A DNA stretch of 63,113 bases, filler included, from Octopus bimaculoides (Eukaryota), in assembly GCF_001194135.2 (NCBI RefSeq). It is 8 parts of 6 records of this genome, joined end to end, with 100 filler letters (N's around TTAATTAATTAA, not from the genome) between each part and the next. Parts side by side here need not be neighbours in the genome. Positions count along the whole stretch, not along the records: positions 61,411 to 63,113 come from NW_026399394.1; 7 more parts are not named here. The stretch is one strand, 5' to 3'. Under the pieces are notes generated by a model. The model saw only the letters and a list, made by a program, of their open reading frames with translations. It ran no database searches and was not told the origin of the DNA. Of this stretch, positions 62,716 to 63,113 are shown one piece after another (positions within the stretch are counted from its first letter, which is position 1; every line of letters starts with the position of its first letter). A program made the position numbers and the translations under genes.

Positions 62716-63113
62716 GAAAGCGCCCATTACTTTTGACGTACATTTTAAATTATGCAGAAATAAGCATCTTTATAATGCACAATTAGTTCGTAAATATGTT
62801 TTATCAGCGCTTTATGTACATTTTTTGTTAACATGAAACTCAAAACCGAGAATGTAAATAAATTAGTTTTTAAGAAGTATATAGAAAACTATACAAGTCT
62901 GCGTGTTAATATTTATGGCTATGTACGCGAAATGTATACATTCAGACATGTGTATATATACATACCTGTGCCCACGTGCACGCAAACGTAAGCCTGTGTG
63001 TNNNNNNNNNNTATATATACATACCTGTGCCCACGTGCACGCAAACGTAAGCCTGTGTGTGATATACATACATATATACATACATACATACATACGTACA
63101 TATATATATATAT

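Overview
AT-rich, microsatellite-dense animal genomic DNA from a fragmented draft assembly. It is most likely an octopus (coleoid cephalopod); this is an inference from the SINE families and repeat landscape, not a database match. Seven identical 100-nt spacers (N44-TTAATTAATTAA-N44) cut the window into eight pieces, so adjacency across them is unproven. No intact host gene is supportable and nearly every listed ORF is a microsatellite or N-gap artefact. The window is mainly decayed mobile DNA: three tRNA-headed SINE families (my labels A, B, C), CR1/L2-, RTE-, R4/Dong-, CRE- and HERO-like LINE fragments, Penelope-like element (PLE) pieces, mariner and maT transposons, several MITEs, a Helitron, and an ORF1-only (RRM + zinc knuckle) element. 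Best leads: (1) three type I hammerhead ribozyme motifs with an unusually long structured stem II in PLE-like termini, one with an intact core at 45022-45105; (2) the ORF1-only element with a duplicated start module; (3) a 3' tail shared between SINE family C and a CR1/L2 LINE; (4) an inverted SINE pair, a 97-bp fold-back and a 5'-inverted RTE; (5) a tentative decayed two-domain tyrosine-phosphatase gene. Boundaries of decayed elements are approximate, read by eye.
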